Shown: positions 32,874-43,125, numbered from the stretch's first letter. The stretch is 64,000 nt of DNA from Candidatus Hodarchaeota archaeon (GCA_048886685.1 JBHLKM010000006.1:64001-128000), one strand, 5' to 3'. Notes: generated by a model from the letters alone, not told the origin. Numbers and translations: made by a program.

Positions 32874-33158
32874 TTAACCAGGATAATCGTTTTTTGATCC
32901 CATCAATGTGGTTGTTTCTTCAATCCACAATGCTAAATCCTTATCAATCCTACAAAAAGTTACTATTTTATCTAAATCCCTCAGCTTACTAAATGTACAT
33001 TCAACCATTACATCCCATCCACCATATATAGGAGTAGCATAAGTTATTTTCCAATCTTCGTCTGGCTCAACTGATTTTAAACCAGTTAACTTATCAACCA
33101 CCTTCCATTCAGTACCAATTACTTTTAATCTTATTAATATATATCCTCTATAATACAT
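32874..33158 (-). CDS. Lrp/AsnC ligand-binding (RAM)-like small protein
   Basis: GYILI...IYGGWDVMV...TTTL. Confidence 0.65.
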   Translation of the reverse strand: MYYRGYILIRLKVIGTEWKVVDKLTGLKSVEPDEDWKITYATPIYGGWDVMVECTFSKLRDLDKIVTFCRIDKDLALWIEETTTLMGSKNDYPG

Positions 33159-33288
33159 TGTAAATTTCCATTTTTCTAATATATCATTTAGTTAGCTTCT
33201 AGCGATATTTTCATATTGAGTAACTTTAAGTAGTTCATTATCTCTATTATAAATTGTTTTTAAAATTATTAGTTTAGGAATTAAGAAA

Positions 33289-34806
33289 ATGTCAAATATA
33301 TTTCAGAAGTTAGAAAATATCGTTTCAAAAAGGAACATTTCAAATAGTTTAATTGTTCGACATGCATATTCTAGAAATGTTGACCCTGTATTACAGGGTG
33401 TTCCAGATATTGTAATTAGACCTAAAGATGCTCAAGAAATTTCCGAAATTCTTAAGATCGCTAATGAACAGAATATTCCAGTTACCCCTCGCGGAGGTGG
33501 AGATTGTGAATTTGGAGGAAGTAAACCAATCGGGGACGGTGGAATAGTTCTTGATATAAAACGGATGAATAACATTATAAATTTAGATCAGGAAAATCTC
33601 ATAGTTACAGTAGAAGCAGGGATATCATGGGGAAAGTTAAATGAATATTTATGCCATTATGGGCTTTATACTGGTTGTATGGGACCTGGATCTGGAATGA
33701 CGGCTTCTGTCGGTGGTGGTATTTCGCATCATTCCGTTGGTGGTGGTGGATGTGCTAAATATGGAGCATGTACAAACCAGTTAGTATCACTAGAAGTAGT
33801 TTTGCCCACCGGGAAAATTATTGAGACCGGTTCTCAAGCAAATAAATTCTCAAAGTATCCTTTTAACCGATTCGGGAATGGACCTGATTTAGCAGGTCTG
33901 TTTTGTGGGGATAACGGAATTATGGGAATAAAAACTACAATTTCATTGCAAGTATTTCCAAAACCTCCTTTTGCGAATTACAAAACTTTTCAATTACCTC
34001 GAAAAGAAATGGAAGCCGCAACCCAAATCTTTACAGAAATAAGGAAAAAAGGCATTGATGTTTACGATGCTATGCATATTCTCAATTCTCTTATTATTCC
34101 TTACTCTCTATTGGAAATGTATCCACTGTGGGAAAGTTTAAAAAGCAAAAGAGGGATTTTTTTCTACACAGTTGAAGCAAATTCAGAAACAGAATTAGAT
34201 GAAAAAGTAAAACAATTAGATAATATAATATTAAATAAGAAATGTGAAGAGTTAGGTCCTGAAATCTCAGATGGAAATTATGCTAAATGGCATTATGCTG
34301 AACAAGGACATTGGCAATTATATCATAATTTATGGAGTCCCCTTCCTTCCCTAACTCCATTGACAGCTGAATGTTTTACTCCTATTAACTCTTACCCTAG
34401 GATTTTACAAGAAATTGAACAATGGGATTTGGAACACAATGAAGATATGCAAAAAATTACAGACATAACAGGTCAGCGACCAGGGTCAGGAAGTGGACCG
34501 ATTTTATTAATAGATGGATGTAATGTTGAATTAACATGTGGGTTAATTAGTTTCGGAAATTATTACGATGGTGAAATACATGAAGAATTTGAAGAAATTA
34601 ATCTGAGACTATGGAGAACTCTTTTAGAGACAATAATAAAACAAGGGGCACAATATTATATGATGGGCGATTTTAATTCACGCGTTATGGTTGAGATGGG
34701 TGCCTATCCCGTTGAATTCTATAATCTTATGAAGTCAATTAAAAAAATTCTTGATCCAAAGTGTATTTTAAGTCGAGGAAAATATAATCTCTGGGGAGGT
34801 GACTAA
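33289..34806 (+). CDS. FAD-binding oxidoreductase (GlcD/VAO family)
   Basis: PDIVIRP, PRGGG, LEVVLPTG, DPKCILSRGK. Confidence 0.9.
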   Translation: MSNIFQKLENIVSKRNISNSLIVRHAYSRNVDPVLQGVPDIVIRPKDAQEISEILKIANEQNIPVTPRGGGDCEFGGSKPIGDGGIVLDIKRMNNIINLDQENLIVTVEAGISWGKLNEYLCHYGLYTGCMGPGSGMTASVGGGISHHSVGGGGCAKYGACTNQLVSLEVVLPTGKIIETGSQANKFSKYPFNRFGNGPDLAGLFCGDNGIMGIKTTISLQVFPKPPFANYKTFQLPRKEMEAATQIFTEIRKKGIDVYDAMHILNSLIIPYSLLEMYPLWESLKSKRGIFFYTVEANSETELDEKVKQLDNIILNKKCEELGPEISDGNYAKWHYAEQGHWQLYHNLWSPLPSLTPLTAECFTPINSYPRILQEIEQWDLEHNEDMQKITDITGQRPGSGSGPILLIDGCNVELTCGLISFGNYYDGEIHEEFEEINLRLWRTLLETIIKQGAQYYMMGDFNSRVMVEMGAYPVEFYNLMKSIKKILDPKCILSRGKYNLWGGD

Positions 34807-36073
34807 TATTAACAAATTAGAAAATTTAAGGAAAGAATGGCAAGCCATATTCTCTTGTATAATTCTCTAGATCTACTAGAAAATGCAAAAGGGGTGTGGC
34901 GATTGTGGGTATGCTATTAGACCTGCTGTTGGACGATATTTAACATGTCCTATAAAGGAAGCTAAAGAGGAGGAAGGTTTTGAGATATATTTCTCACGTG
35001 GTAGAATGAACGTTCTTAAGAGCGTTTTAGAGGGGAAACTGCCATTAAGCAGAGAATTAGCAGAATTTGCATATCAATGCATGGAATGTGCTAATTGTAC
35101 TGAAGTATGTCATGAAACTCATAATGAGAATATTGTTCTTAACACTTCAAAATGGATTGACCATGTTAAAGTGTGGGAAGCCTTAAGGAAAGATTTGGTA
35201 GAAGCCGGATTCGCACCTTTAGATAAGCATAGAAATATAGTTAATTCTATGGTTAGTGATTCGATGAGAAATCCTTATGGTGAGGATAAAGAAGATAAAT
35301 TTAGTTGGGCAAATGAATTTCCAGAGATTCGGGAGAAAGGAGATCTTGCCTTTTTTGGAGGATGTACAATTCCACTAAGACAAAAAAATACTCTTAAGAG
35401 CATGATGAAAATTTTCAAAACCACTGGAATCAATTTTGCCATATCTAAGGATGAATGGTGCTGTGGATCCATAGGATTACGTATTGGTGATGAAATGGCT
35501 TTAACTGATATAATCAAACATAATGTTGAAGTTTTTAAGAATATAGGAGCAAAAGCATTATTTACAAGTTGTGCTGGATGCTATAGAACATTGAAAAAGG
35601 ATTATCCTGAATTCTTGGAGGAAGAGTTGCCATTTGAAGTAAAACACATAACAGAAATATTAATTGAGCTTCTTAATAGTAATCAAATTCCATTTAAACC
35701 AGAGGAGGGTAAGAAATTAAAAGTAACTTACCATGATCCTTGCCATCTGGGGCGTCATATGGATTTATATGAAATCCCAAGAGATGTTGTAGCGAAAATC
35801 CCTGGAATAGAATTAATAGAAATGAAAAGAAATCGAAAGCATGCTTGGTGTTGTGGAGCCGGAGGTGGTGTAAAAAGTCAATATCCTGAATTAGCTCTTG
35901 AAATCTCAAAGGAGAGAATTAAAGAAGCAATTGAAGCGGGAGCAAATATACTAACTACTAGCTGTCCTTTCTGTCTTGGTAATCTAAATGATGCGTATAA
36001 TGAAATGGGCGCAGAAATCCAAGAAAAAATAAAATTAGTTGACATTATTAACTTAATTGCATCAAAAATATAA
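34799..36073 (+). CDS. HdrD/GlcF-like Fe-S oxidoreductase, join(34799..34860,34891..36073)
   Basis: Upstream exon MTNINKLENLRKEWQAIFSC aligns with the N-terminus of paralog 20001-21422; splicing gives CMGCGDC; CMECANCTEVC, WCCG, YHDPCH. Exact start codon uncertain. Confidence 0.85.
34861..34890 (+). other. Putative BHB (tRNA-endonuclease type) mRNA intron, 30 nt
   Basis: UUGU/GCAA 4-bp helix, bulges AUA and AAG, inner stem AUUCUCUAG/CUAGAAAAU, outer exon helix; two in-frame TAG; removal restores CxxCxxC. Confidence 0.8.
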
Positions 36074-36304
36074 AATTTTGATAAATATGAGTCCTGCGTA
36101 AAGAATTTTCCAACAATTAAATTAGTGAAAGGAAATTTTAAGGTTCATATGAAACAAAATTCTACTTGTTGGATAAAATAATCATTTAAGAAATTAGATT
36201 TACCGATTTGCCCAATTTTAAATATAATTACTTTTATTTGATAATAAAAAATCTCCTTATTTTTATCCTAAAATATCAATTGTATTGCAATGTGAGGTTA
36301 AAAT

Positions 36305-37210
36305 ATGACAACAAACAAAATTTCTTTAATTGGTAAACCAGCGGTTGGTAAAACTACTATTAAAAAAGTTATTTTTGAAGGAGAAGATCCAAATGATTTA
36401 ATTCTATTTCCACTTGAGGCAACGTTAAAAGTTCAGTACTCCATACATGATTTTATGGATTCTAAAGTTAGTCTAGTTGATGCACCTGGTCAATCATTGC
36501 AAGTAATTTTTGAAGATGAACAAAAACAATTAATGGTGTTTGGAGATACTAAGGCAATTATTTATATTTTGGACTATCCAACTTGGATATCAAACTCTCA
36601 AGATATTCTTGATGATGTCAGAAAACTTTATGAAATTAGCAAAAAAAATGATTTTGATGCCAAAATAATACTGTTTCTTCATAAAATTGATGTATTAATT
36701 AATAAAAAAATCGGTAGTATGCTAGCCTTAATAAGAAGACAGATAAATAACCAATTAAATCTGCCTGTGGAGATTCCAATTTATTTTACAAGTTTACATC
36801 CGAATTTAATATATACTACATATAATGCGATTTCTGAAACTTTGAGTAATTTTTCAGCAGAGGCTTCTAACTTAAAGAATATTGTCAAGAAAAAAATTAA
36901 GGGTTTATCTAAAACAAGTTGCTTTGTTTCTAATAAAGACGATAATTTAATTATTCAAGAAATGTCAAATGATTTTGATACTAGTATTCTGTATTATTTA
37001 TTTGAAAAGATTTATCATTTAAGCAAATCAACTGAATTTTCAACCACAAAAACCAGAATAATAAGTCCTGGTTCAAAAATTTTAAATATGGTAATAGAAG
37101 ATATAAGCAACTATAACTCTAATTTTAAATATCTGATTTTATTATCTGAAACCATAGAACAAGAAGATATGATGAAGATATTAGACGATTTAAAGAATGA
37201 ATTGAATTAA
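36305..37210 (+). CDS. Rag/Gtr1-like small GTPase with C-terminal roadblock-like region
   Basis: GKPAVGKT, DAPGQ, FLHKID, YFTS. Confidence 0.8.
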   Translation: MTTNKISLIGKPAVGKTTIKKVIFEGEDPNDLILFPLEATLKVQYSIHDFMDSKVSLVDAPGQSLQVIFEDEQKQLMVFGDTKAIIYILDYPTWISNSQDILDDVRKLYEISKKNDFDAKIILFLHKIDVLINKKIGSMLALIRRQINNQLNLPVEIPIYFTSLHPNLIYTTYNAISETLSNFSAEASNLKNIVKKKIKGLSKTSCFVSNKDDNLIIQEMSNDFDTSILYYLFEKIYHLSKSTEFSTTKTRIISPGSKILNMVIEDISNYNSNFKYLILLSETIEQEDMMKILDDLKNELN

Positions 37211-37245
37211 TATTTTTAACTAAAATTAAGTGCAATATTTTCAAT

Positions 37246-38298
37246 ATGCTACGACAAGTCTTTATAGTTTTAAACGATAAAATTTGTTATCAGAGGAGTT
37301 ATGCTAAAGGTTTAGATATTTCACTTTTTACAAAGGTTTTTCAAAAAATCAAGAAAGTAGCCTTTTCGAAATTTGGAAGTGAAACAGGAATATATGAGTT
37401 TTTTGAGTATAAGCTTTCATATATAGTTGATGAAGATCTAAACTTTGTTTTACTTTTTGTATCAGGATTAGGTGATAACTTTGAAGATATCGAACCACAA
37501 CTAAAAAATTTCAAAAACGAATTTATTAATTTCTATGGTGATGACCTAAGTAATGAGAACTTTGAAATCGTAAGTGAAGTTTTAGATCCAATCGTTGATA
37601 ATATTCATAGAAATTTAAAACCGAAAATTTCAATTGTAGGATTTTCTGGAGTGGGCAAAACCACAACAACCAAATTGATAAAATCAGAAGAAATTCCTAT
37701 GCAGCATATCCCAACAATTACTGGTGAGGTTGCTACTATTAAGATAGGCAAACTCCACTTCTTTTTATGGGATTTCGCTGGACAAGACCAATTTGACTTT
37801 CTATGGGAGAAATTTATAAGAGGAAGTGATGCTGTTCTTTTGATGACCGATTCAACATTAGAAAATCTTGATAAGAGTAGATATTTCTTTGATTTGGTTA
37901 ATAAAATAGTTCCTTATGCACGTCTCGCTGTAATCGCAAATAAGCAAGACTTACCCGACGCAATGAAAGTTGAAGATATAGAGAGATTATTGGGAAATAA
38001 AACATACTCAATGGTAGCAATAGATCCAAATAATCGATCTAAAATGATACGGATCATTGCAGATCTGTTAGATATGGATGCAGGAGTATCTCCTTTATTA
38101 CAACCTATATTTGAAAGAGATATGTTAATGGATAAAGCACAAAAAGCATTAGAAGAAGGACGATTCGAGGAAGCTGTTTCTCTTTTTGAGAAGATCAGTA
38201 GTTTTTGTCTTGAATTAGGAGATGATTCTCTTGCTATTGACTTTCAAAATAAAAGCGACAAAATTAATAGTTTATTAAAATCTCTTACTAACCAATAA
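37246..38298 (+). CDS. Longin-like + Arf-family-like small GTPase + helical tail (copy 1)
   Basis: GFSGVGKT, PTI, WDFAGQ, ANKQDL. Confidence 0.88.
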   Translation: MLRQVFIVLNDKICYQRSYAKGLDISLFTKVFQKIKKVAFSKFGSETGIYEFFEYKLSYIVDEDLNFVLLFVSGLGDNFEDIEPQLKNFKNEFINFYGDDLSNENFEIVSEVLDPIVDNIHRNLKPKISIVGFSGVGKTTTTKLIKSEEIPMQHIPTITGEVATIKIGKLHFFLWDFAGQDQFDFLWEKFIRGSDAVLLMTDSTLENLDKSRYFFDLVNKIVPYARLAVIANKQDLPDAMKVEDIERLLGNKTYSMVAIDPNNRSKMIRIIADLLDMDAGVSPLLQPIFERDMLMDKAQKALEEGRFEEAVSLFEKISSFCLELGDDSLAIDFQNKSDKINSLLKSLTNQ

Positions 38299-38322
38299 AA
38301 TCTATTTTCAATATACCTTAAT

Positions 38323-38362
38323 TTACCACGTCCTTGTTATATTCTGCAAAAAACTAATACTT
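38323..38362 (-). pseudogene. Duplicated 3' end of the PAS/GAF gene (VLVFLQNITRTW*)
   Basis: Near-identical DNA to 39554-39593, same encoded peptide. Confidence 0.85.
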
Positions 38363-38373
38363 AAATTGGCTAT

Positions 38374-38433
38374 AATTTAGCCAAGGAGGATATGAATAAG
38401 ATATTAGATGAAGTAAAGGATGATTTAAATTGA
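38374..38433 (+). pseudogene. Duplicated 3' end of the Rag-like gene
   Basis: KEDMNKILDEVKDDLN* versus QEDMMKILDDLKNELN*. Confidence 0.8.
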
Positions 38434-38473
38434 TGAATTTATACGTAAATAATAGATTGATAAGATTCTTAAG

Positions 38474-39523
38474 ATGTTGCGCCAAATATTTATAATTTTA
38501 AATGATCAATTAATATATCAAAGGGATTATGCTAAAGGATTAGATAAATCACTTTTTACAAATGTATGTCAAATAGTTAAAAACACTGAGCATTCAAAGT
38601 TTGGAACAGAGCCAAGTATATACGAGTTTTTTAAGTATAAAGTCTCATATATTGTTGATGAGAATTCTGGTTTAATTATACTTTTTGTATCTGGATTAAT
38701 TGACGATCCTAAACGGATTAAACCCCAACTGATAAAATTTAAAGAAGAATTTTTAGAATACTATGGTGATAGCCTTAAAAACGAAGATTTTAAAATAATT
38801 AATGAAGTTTTAGACCCGATTGTTGATAAGATTCACAGTAACCTTAAACCTAAAATTTCTATCGTTGGGTTTTCTGGGGTCGGGAAAACTACTGCTACAA
38901 GATTAATAAAATCAGAGGAAATCCCAATGCAACACATCCCTACAATAACAGGTGAGGTTGCTACTATTAAGATAGGCAAACTCCACTTCTTTTTATGGGA
39001 TTTCGCTGGACAAGATGAGTTCGATTTTTTATGGGAAAAGTTCATAATGGGAAGTGATTCGGTGCTCTTAATGACCGATTCCACCTTGGAAAACCTAGAA
39101 AAAAGCAAATTTTTTATCGAATTAGTTTATAAAGCAGTTCCTAATGCTCGATTCGCAGTGATCGCTAACAAGCAAGATTTACCAGGCGCGATGAAAGTTG
39201 AGGACATAGAAAAATTAATGGGCAAAAAAACATATGGTTTTGTTGCAATAGATCCTGATAATCGTCCAAAAATGATACGTATTATAGCAGATTTATTAGA
39301 GATGGATGCAAACGTATCACCACTATTAAAACCCTTACTTGAAAGAGAAAATTTAATGGATAAAGCACAGAAGGCTTTAGAAAAGGGAAATTTTGAAGAA
39401 GCTGTTATACTTTTTGAAAAGATTAGTAATATATGTCTTGAATTAGGAGATGACTCACTCGCTATTGATTTCCAAAGCAAAAGTGAAAAAATAAGTACTA
39501 TGTTAAATTCCATTATTAGCTAA
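38474..39523 (+). CDS. Longin-like + Arf-family-like small GTPase + helical tail (copy 2)
   Basis: Close tandem paralog of 37246-38298. Confidence 0.88.
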   Translation: MLRQIFIILNDQLIYQRDYAKGLDKSLFTNVCQIVKNTEHSKFGTEPSIYEFFKYKVSYIVDENSGLIILFVSGLIDDPKRIKPQLIKFKEEFLEYYGDSLKNEDFKIINEVLDPIVDKIHSNLKPKISIVGFSGVGKTTATRLIKSEEIPMQHIPTITGEVATIKIGKLHFFLWDFAGQDEFDFLWEKFIMGSDSVLLMTDSTLENLEKSKFFIELVYKAVPNARFAVIANKQDLPGAMKVEDIEKLMGKKTYGFVAIDPDNRPKMIRIIADLLEMDANVSPLLKPLLERENLMDKAQKALEKGNFEEAVILFEKISNICLELGDDSLAIDFQSKSEKISTMLNSIIS

Positions 39524-39553
39524 TGAAACTCAATTAATTTTATAATAGCAATT

Positions 39554-41215
39554 TTACCAGGTCCTTGTTATATTTTGTAAAAATACTAATACTTCTTTAT
39601 CTCCAAGGGGGACTATATTTGATTGAAAGATTATTCGATTATTGTCTATTGGCAAAATGAATTTCATTTCTTTAGATTCATTGTCATTAAGAGCTTGTTT
39701 TATTTTTTCTTGCGCCTCTTCTGCAGTTTCGCGTGGTAGGAGCTTATTTATATTTTTTCCTATAAAATTTTCTGAACTAAATATTTGTTCTACTATTGCT
39801 TCAATTTTTTTATCTAATTTAATATCTAGCAATATACCTTGTTTTGAGATCTTAAAAATTGAGAATGGAATATGTTCAAAGAGAATATTATTCTGGATTT
39901 CACTTTGTCGCAATTCTTCTTTATTTTGCATTCTTTCTATTGCAGTGCCTAATTCCAATCCAATCGTGATAATTAATTCCATCTCTTCAGGCATTAGTGT
40001 TCTATTATCCTTAAAAATCATATGTAATGAGCCAATAATTTCAAACTTTGAGAATAAAGGAATTACTGCAGTAGAAGTAACCTCAATTCCTTCAAAAAAT
40101 CTTTTAATAACTTCCGGAAAATTGTCATTAATAAGTGCTACTCCTTTTGTAAACACAATATCATAAGGATCTCTGTAAATATCTAATTCACTATTTTCTA
40201 GAATAAAATAAGAAGGAAAACCTTTATGCACTTTAATTAATGCTATATTCTGAGACTTATCTATTAAATAAATACTACATCCTTTAAGATCAAATAAATC
40301 AATAAAACTATCTCGTATCTTCGTTAATAATCCTGATAGACTATTCGCTTGATTAGCAACACTTATAATTTTATTTAAAATTTCGGTCTTTTTAACCTGT
40401 TCCTTTAATTTATTTTCAATTAAATGTATATCCGTTATATCATGAAACAAATATTGAATAAAATATTGATCAGCTAGTTGTATTTCGTTTACGCTAATTT
40501 CCAAATACATTTGTGTACCTGTAGATTTTTTTATTCTTGAAATAATTGGAGGTGGTTGATCAATTAAATGTTTTACCATATTCGGATCAACCAAACCTTC
40601 ATCAAACAACTCAAGGTGTAATGCTTCAATACCAATAAGTTCTTCTCTTGCCATTTCTACTAATTTTTCACCCTCTAAATTTACATCCACTATTACTCCT
40701 GTTTCCCGATTTATTATAAAGATAGCATCCCTTGCTGCTTTAAATAGGGCTTGATATCGGTGTTCGGCCATTACTAAGGTCTTAATGGCAGGTTTAATTG
40801 ATTCAAAATAAGAATAAAAGAAATTTTTAATTTCGTGCAATTTATTAGGATCAGCCTTAAAATCTTTAGGCTCATGATCGAAGGCCTTATACGCATCATC
40901 AAGTTTTATGATATATTGAGCACATCCAGTTAAAAGTTCATTAGCAAGCATTAAAGTCAAATTTGTACTTGATTCAGTTATTAACGATAATAGAAAGCTC
41001 TCATAACCCCCTCTAGCAAAAGGACTGAGTAATTTAAAAAATAAATTTGCCGTTTTTAATTTACCAAATATATGAATAAATACTCCTTTTGTTGGAAGCT
41101 CCATTAATGAGGGAATTTTAATCACATTTTCATCCTCCAATGATTGAGGTGCTTTTAAAACAATTTTAGGTCCGTATAAAGGATCAAAACGACTTAAAAT
41201 TAATGCAGCTTCCAA
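39554..41215 (-). CDS. Longin/uDENN-like + PAS + GAF + PAS sensor without kinase domain
   Basis: LILSRFDPLYGPKI N-terminus; RYQALF...DVN...HDIT PAS; AVIPL...IGSL GAF; terminal PAS. Confidence 0.78.
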   Translation of the reverse strand: MEAALILSRFDPLYGPKIVLKAPQSLEDENVIKIPSLMELPTKGVFIHIFGKLKTANLFFKLLSPFARGGYESFLLSLITESSTNLTLMLANELLTGCAQYIIKLDDAYKAFDHEPKDFKADPNKLHEIKNFFYSYFESIKPAIKTLVMAEHRYQALFKAARDAIFIINRETGVIVDVNLEGEKLVEMAREELIGIEALHLELFDEGLVDPNMVKHLIDQPPPIISRIKKSTGTQMYLEISVNEIQLADQYFIQYLFHDITDIHLIENKLKEQVKKTEILNKIISVANQANSLSGLLTKIRDSFIDLFDLKGCSIYLIDKSQNIALIKVHKGFPSYFILENSELDIYRDPYDIVFTKGVALINDNFPEVIKRFFEGIEVTSTAVIPLFSKFEIIGSLHMIFKDNRTLMPEEMELIITIGLELGTAIERMQNKEELRQSEIQNNILFEHIPFSIFKISKQGILLDIKLDKKIEAIVEQIFSSENFIGKNINKLLPRETAEEAQEKIKQALNDNESKEMKFILPIDNNRIIFQSNIVPLGDKEVLVFLQNITRTW

Positions 41216-41403
41216 GATCTTTCACAACTTTTAAGTAAATAATCTCGAATTTTAAGTAAAAATTGGATTATTTAAATTTATTTTTAAGCAATTATTTTTA
41301 AATTATTCTAAAGCAGAAAATTATAGTTAATATTGAATCTGAGATCATTTCATAATTTAGGCAACAACTAAATCTTCTAATAAGATCAATTTTTTTCCTT
41401 ATT

Positions 41404-42081
41404 ATGACTATGGATGAATATCTGCAACCAACAGAATTTTTTGATTTCAATAAATCCTCTGTAAATAAAAAAGCAAAAGAAATCACAGAAAACTTAAAAA
41501 CAGAAAAAGAAAAAGCAATAGCTCTTTTTTATTGGGTTCGAGATGAAATTAAGTATAATATGTTAACATATATCCCTCAAATTAAAGAAAATTTTAAGGC
41601 TAGCGTGACGTTAAGACGACGTAATGGATTCTGCGTTTCAAAATCCATTTTATTATCCTCTTTTGCTCGAGCTGTAGGAATTCCTGCTCGGATTCATTTA
41701 GTTGACTTAATTAATCACAAGATTTCCCCAAGAATTGCTGATTTTATGGGAACCTGGACGATGCATTATCATGGATATAGTGAGCTCTATATTAATGGGA
41801 AATGGGTGAAACTTACTCCTTCATTTGATCAAGGAACTGCCATTAAAGGTGGTTTTCTTCCTATGTGTGAATTTGATGGTGAATGTAATGCTGTCTTCCC
41901 TGAATATGATGACAATGGAAATCGTTTTGGAGAATATGTCTTAGACAGAGGAACACATGTTGATTTACCACTTGATGAAATAGCACAAGTTTTTGAGGAT
42001 AAATATCCTAGATTCAAGAGTTTTACTAATAGTTCTCTTCCAAGACAAATAAAGGACAAAACAATGACATATAAAAAATAA
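41404..42081 (+). CDS. Transglutaminase-like protein
   Basis: FYWVRDEIKY, GFCVSKS, HGYSELYINGKWVK. Confidence 0.88.
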   Translation: MTMDEYLQPTEFFDFNKSSVNKKAKEITENLKTEKEKAIALFYWVRDEIKYNMLTYIPQIKENFKASVTLRRRNGFCVSKSILLSSFARAVGIPARIHLVDLINHKISPRIADFMGTWTMHYHGYSELYINGKWVKLTPSFDQGTAIKGGFLPMCEFDGECNAVFPEYDDNGNRFGEYVLDRGTHVDLPLDEIAQVFEDKYPRFKSFTNSSLPRQIKDKTMTYKK

Positions 42082-42089
42082 AGTAAGAC

Positions 42090-43016
42090 TTAACTAAAGT
42101 AACTCTCTTTTAATCCTAATTCTCTTAAAAATATTTTGTATTTACCTAATTGTCCCCCATAATTGCCAGCAGAAATTTTTATTAATCCATCCATTTCTAC
42201 AATCCCTTGAATTGTTTTTAACATTGTTTCTTTTAAAGTATCAAGATCTAAAGCATTAAATACAATTTCAGGTATTGATTTTACTCCCTCTGGAACCTTA
42301 AATTCTTGGGGTGAGAGCTTAGATTTTAAAGTTGGACAATATGGGTGATTCGTTGATGGGCCAATTTCAGGGAAGCTTGTTTCAGGTTTGGAACCAGCGG
42401 AACATACATCAAAGGTAGTGCAGACATTATCAATTTCAGCAATTATTTTTACAGCTTCTCTTCCCACCTTTATACCTGATTCAATAGAATCGCAAAACAA
42501 CCATAAATTGCCCCCCATAATTCCTGGAGCATAGGAGAGCTCTTCATCTATTAAAAAATCATATCCCATCATAATAGGGATTGAAATTAATTTTCGACTG
42601 TATTTTTCAATTATCCATTCATAACCATCCCCACAGTGTCCTACATTATTCATCACATTGAATTTAGATTCGGTCTCTTTTGGGTACCAATCGAATACAG
42701 CAGTTGTAGGCACTACAAGGATACCTTGTCTTAATCTTCTTCCTAATTGGTCATAAAATTTTGCTGTAGCTTTTTTCCCAGTGCCAGTAACCCATAATTG
42801 AACAATAGCACCTAATCTACCATCAATAGTTTCATTCTCGCTAAGCCACCTTACAATACCTCCTTCGACATCCCCAAATACAGTTGAAGGAAGTGCTGTA
42901 AATGCATTTGCAGCCCTAATTAAAAATTGAGCATCTTGAGCAGTTACTATTAATTGAATACATAGTCCTTCAAAAGCTTCACAGTATGTATCTTCAATTA
43001 TTGCCATTATTAACAA
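42090..43016 (-). CDS. ftr: Formylmethanofuran--H4MPT N-formyltransferase
   Basis: IEDTYCEAF, PTTAVF, GDGYE, STNHPYCPTL, ISAGNYGG. Confidence 0.88.
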   Translation of the reverse strand: MLIMAIIEDTYCEAFEGLCIQLIVTAQDAQFLIRAANAFTALPSTVFGDVEGGIVRWLSENETIDGRLGAIVQLWVTGTGKKATAKFYDQLGRRLRQGILVVPTTAVFDWYPKETESKFNVMNNVGHCGDGYEWIIEKYSRKLISIPIMMGYDFLIDEELSYAPGIMGGNLWLFCDSIESGIKVGREAVKIIAEIDNVCTTFDVCSAGSKPETSFPEIGPSTNHPYCPTLKSKLSPQEFKVPEGVKSIPEIVFNALDLDTLKETMLKTIQGIVEMDGLIKISAGNYGGQLGKYKIFLRELGLKESYFS

Positions 43017-43080
43017 CCTAAAGTTTATTTCTTCTAATATTATTTAGATCTTAAAAGAACCAATAAAGATTTAAAATCTA

Positions 43081-43108
43081 TTATTAACTCTAAATTATTA
43101 ACTCTAAA
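43081..43108. repeat. 14-bp direct repeat x2 in a divergent promoter region
   Basis: TTATTAACTCTAAA repeated exactly twice. Confidence 0.8.
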
Positions 43109-43125
43109 TACAGACTTTTAAAAAA

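Noticed and set aside
34868-34879. Pyrrolysine read-through of the two TAGs, or a GT-AG spliceosomal intron
   Set aside because: Read-through leaves 10 extra residues inside CxxC. The GT(34857)...AG(34891) excision is 35 nt, out of frame, and destroys the Cys.
34883-34885. ORF-track ATG as the real start of the Fe-S gene
   Set aside because: It lies inside the insert and omits the first cluster Cys and the N-terminal helix present in the paralog
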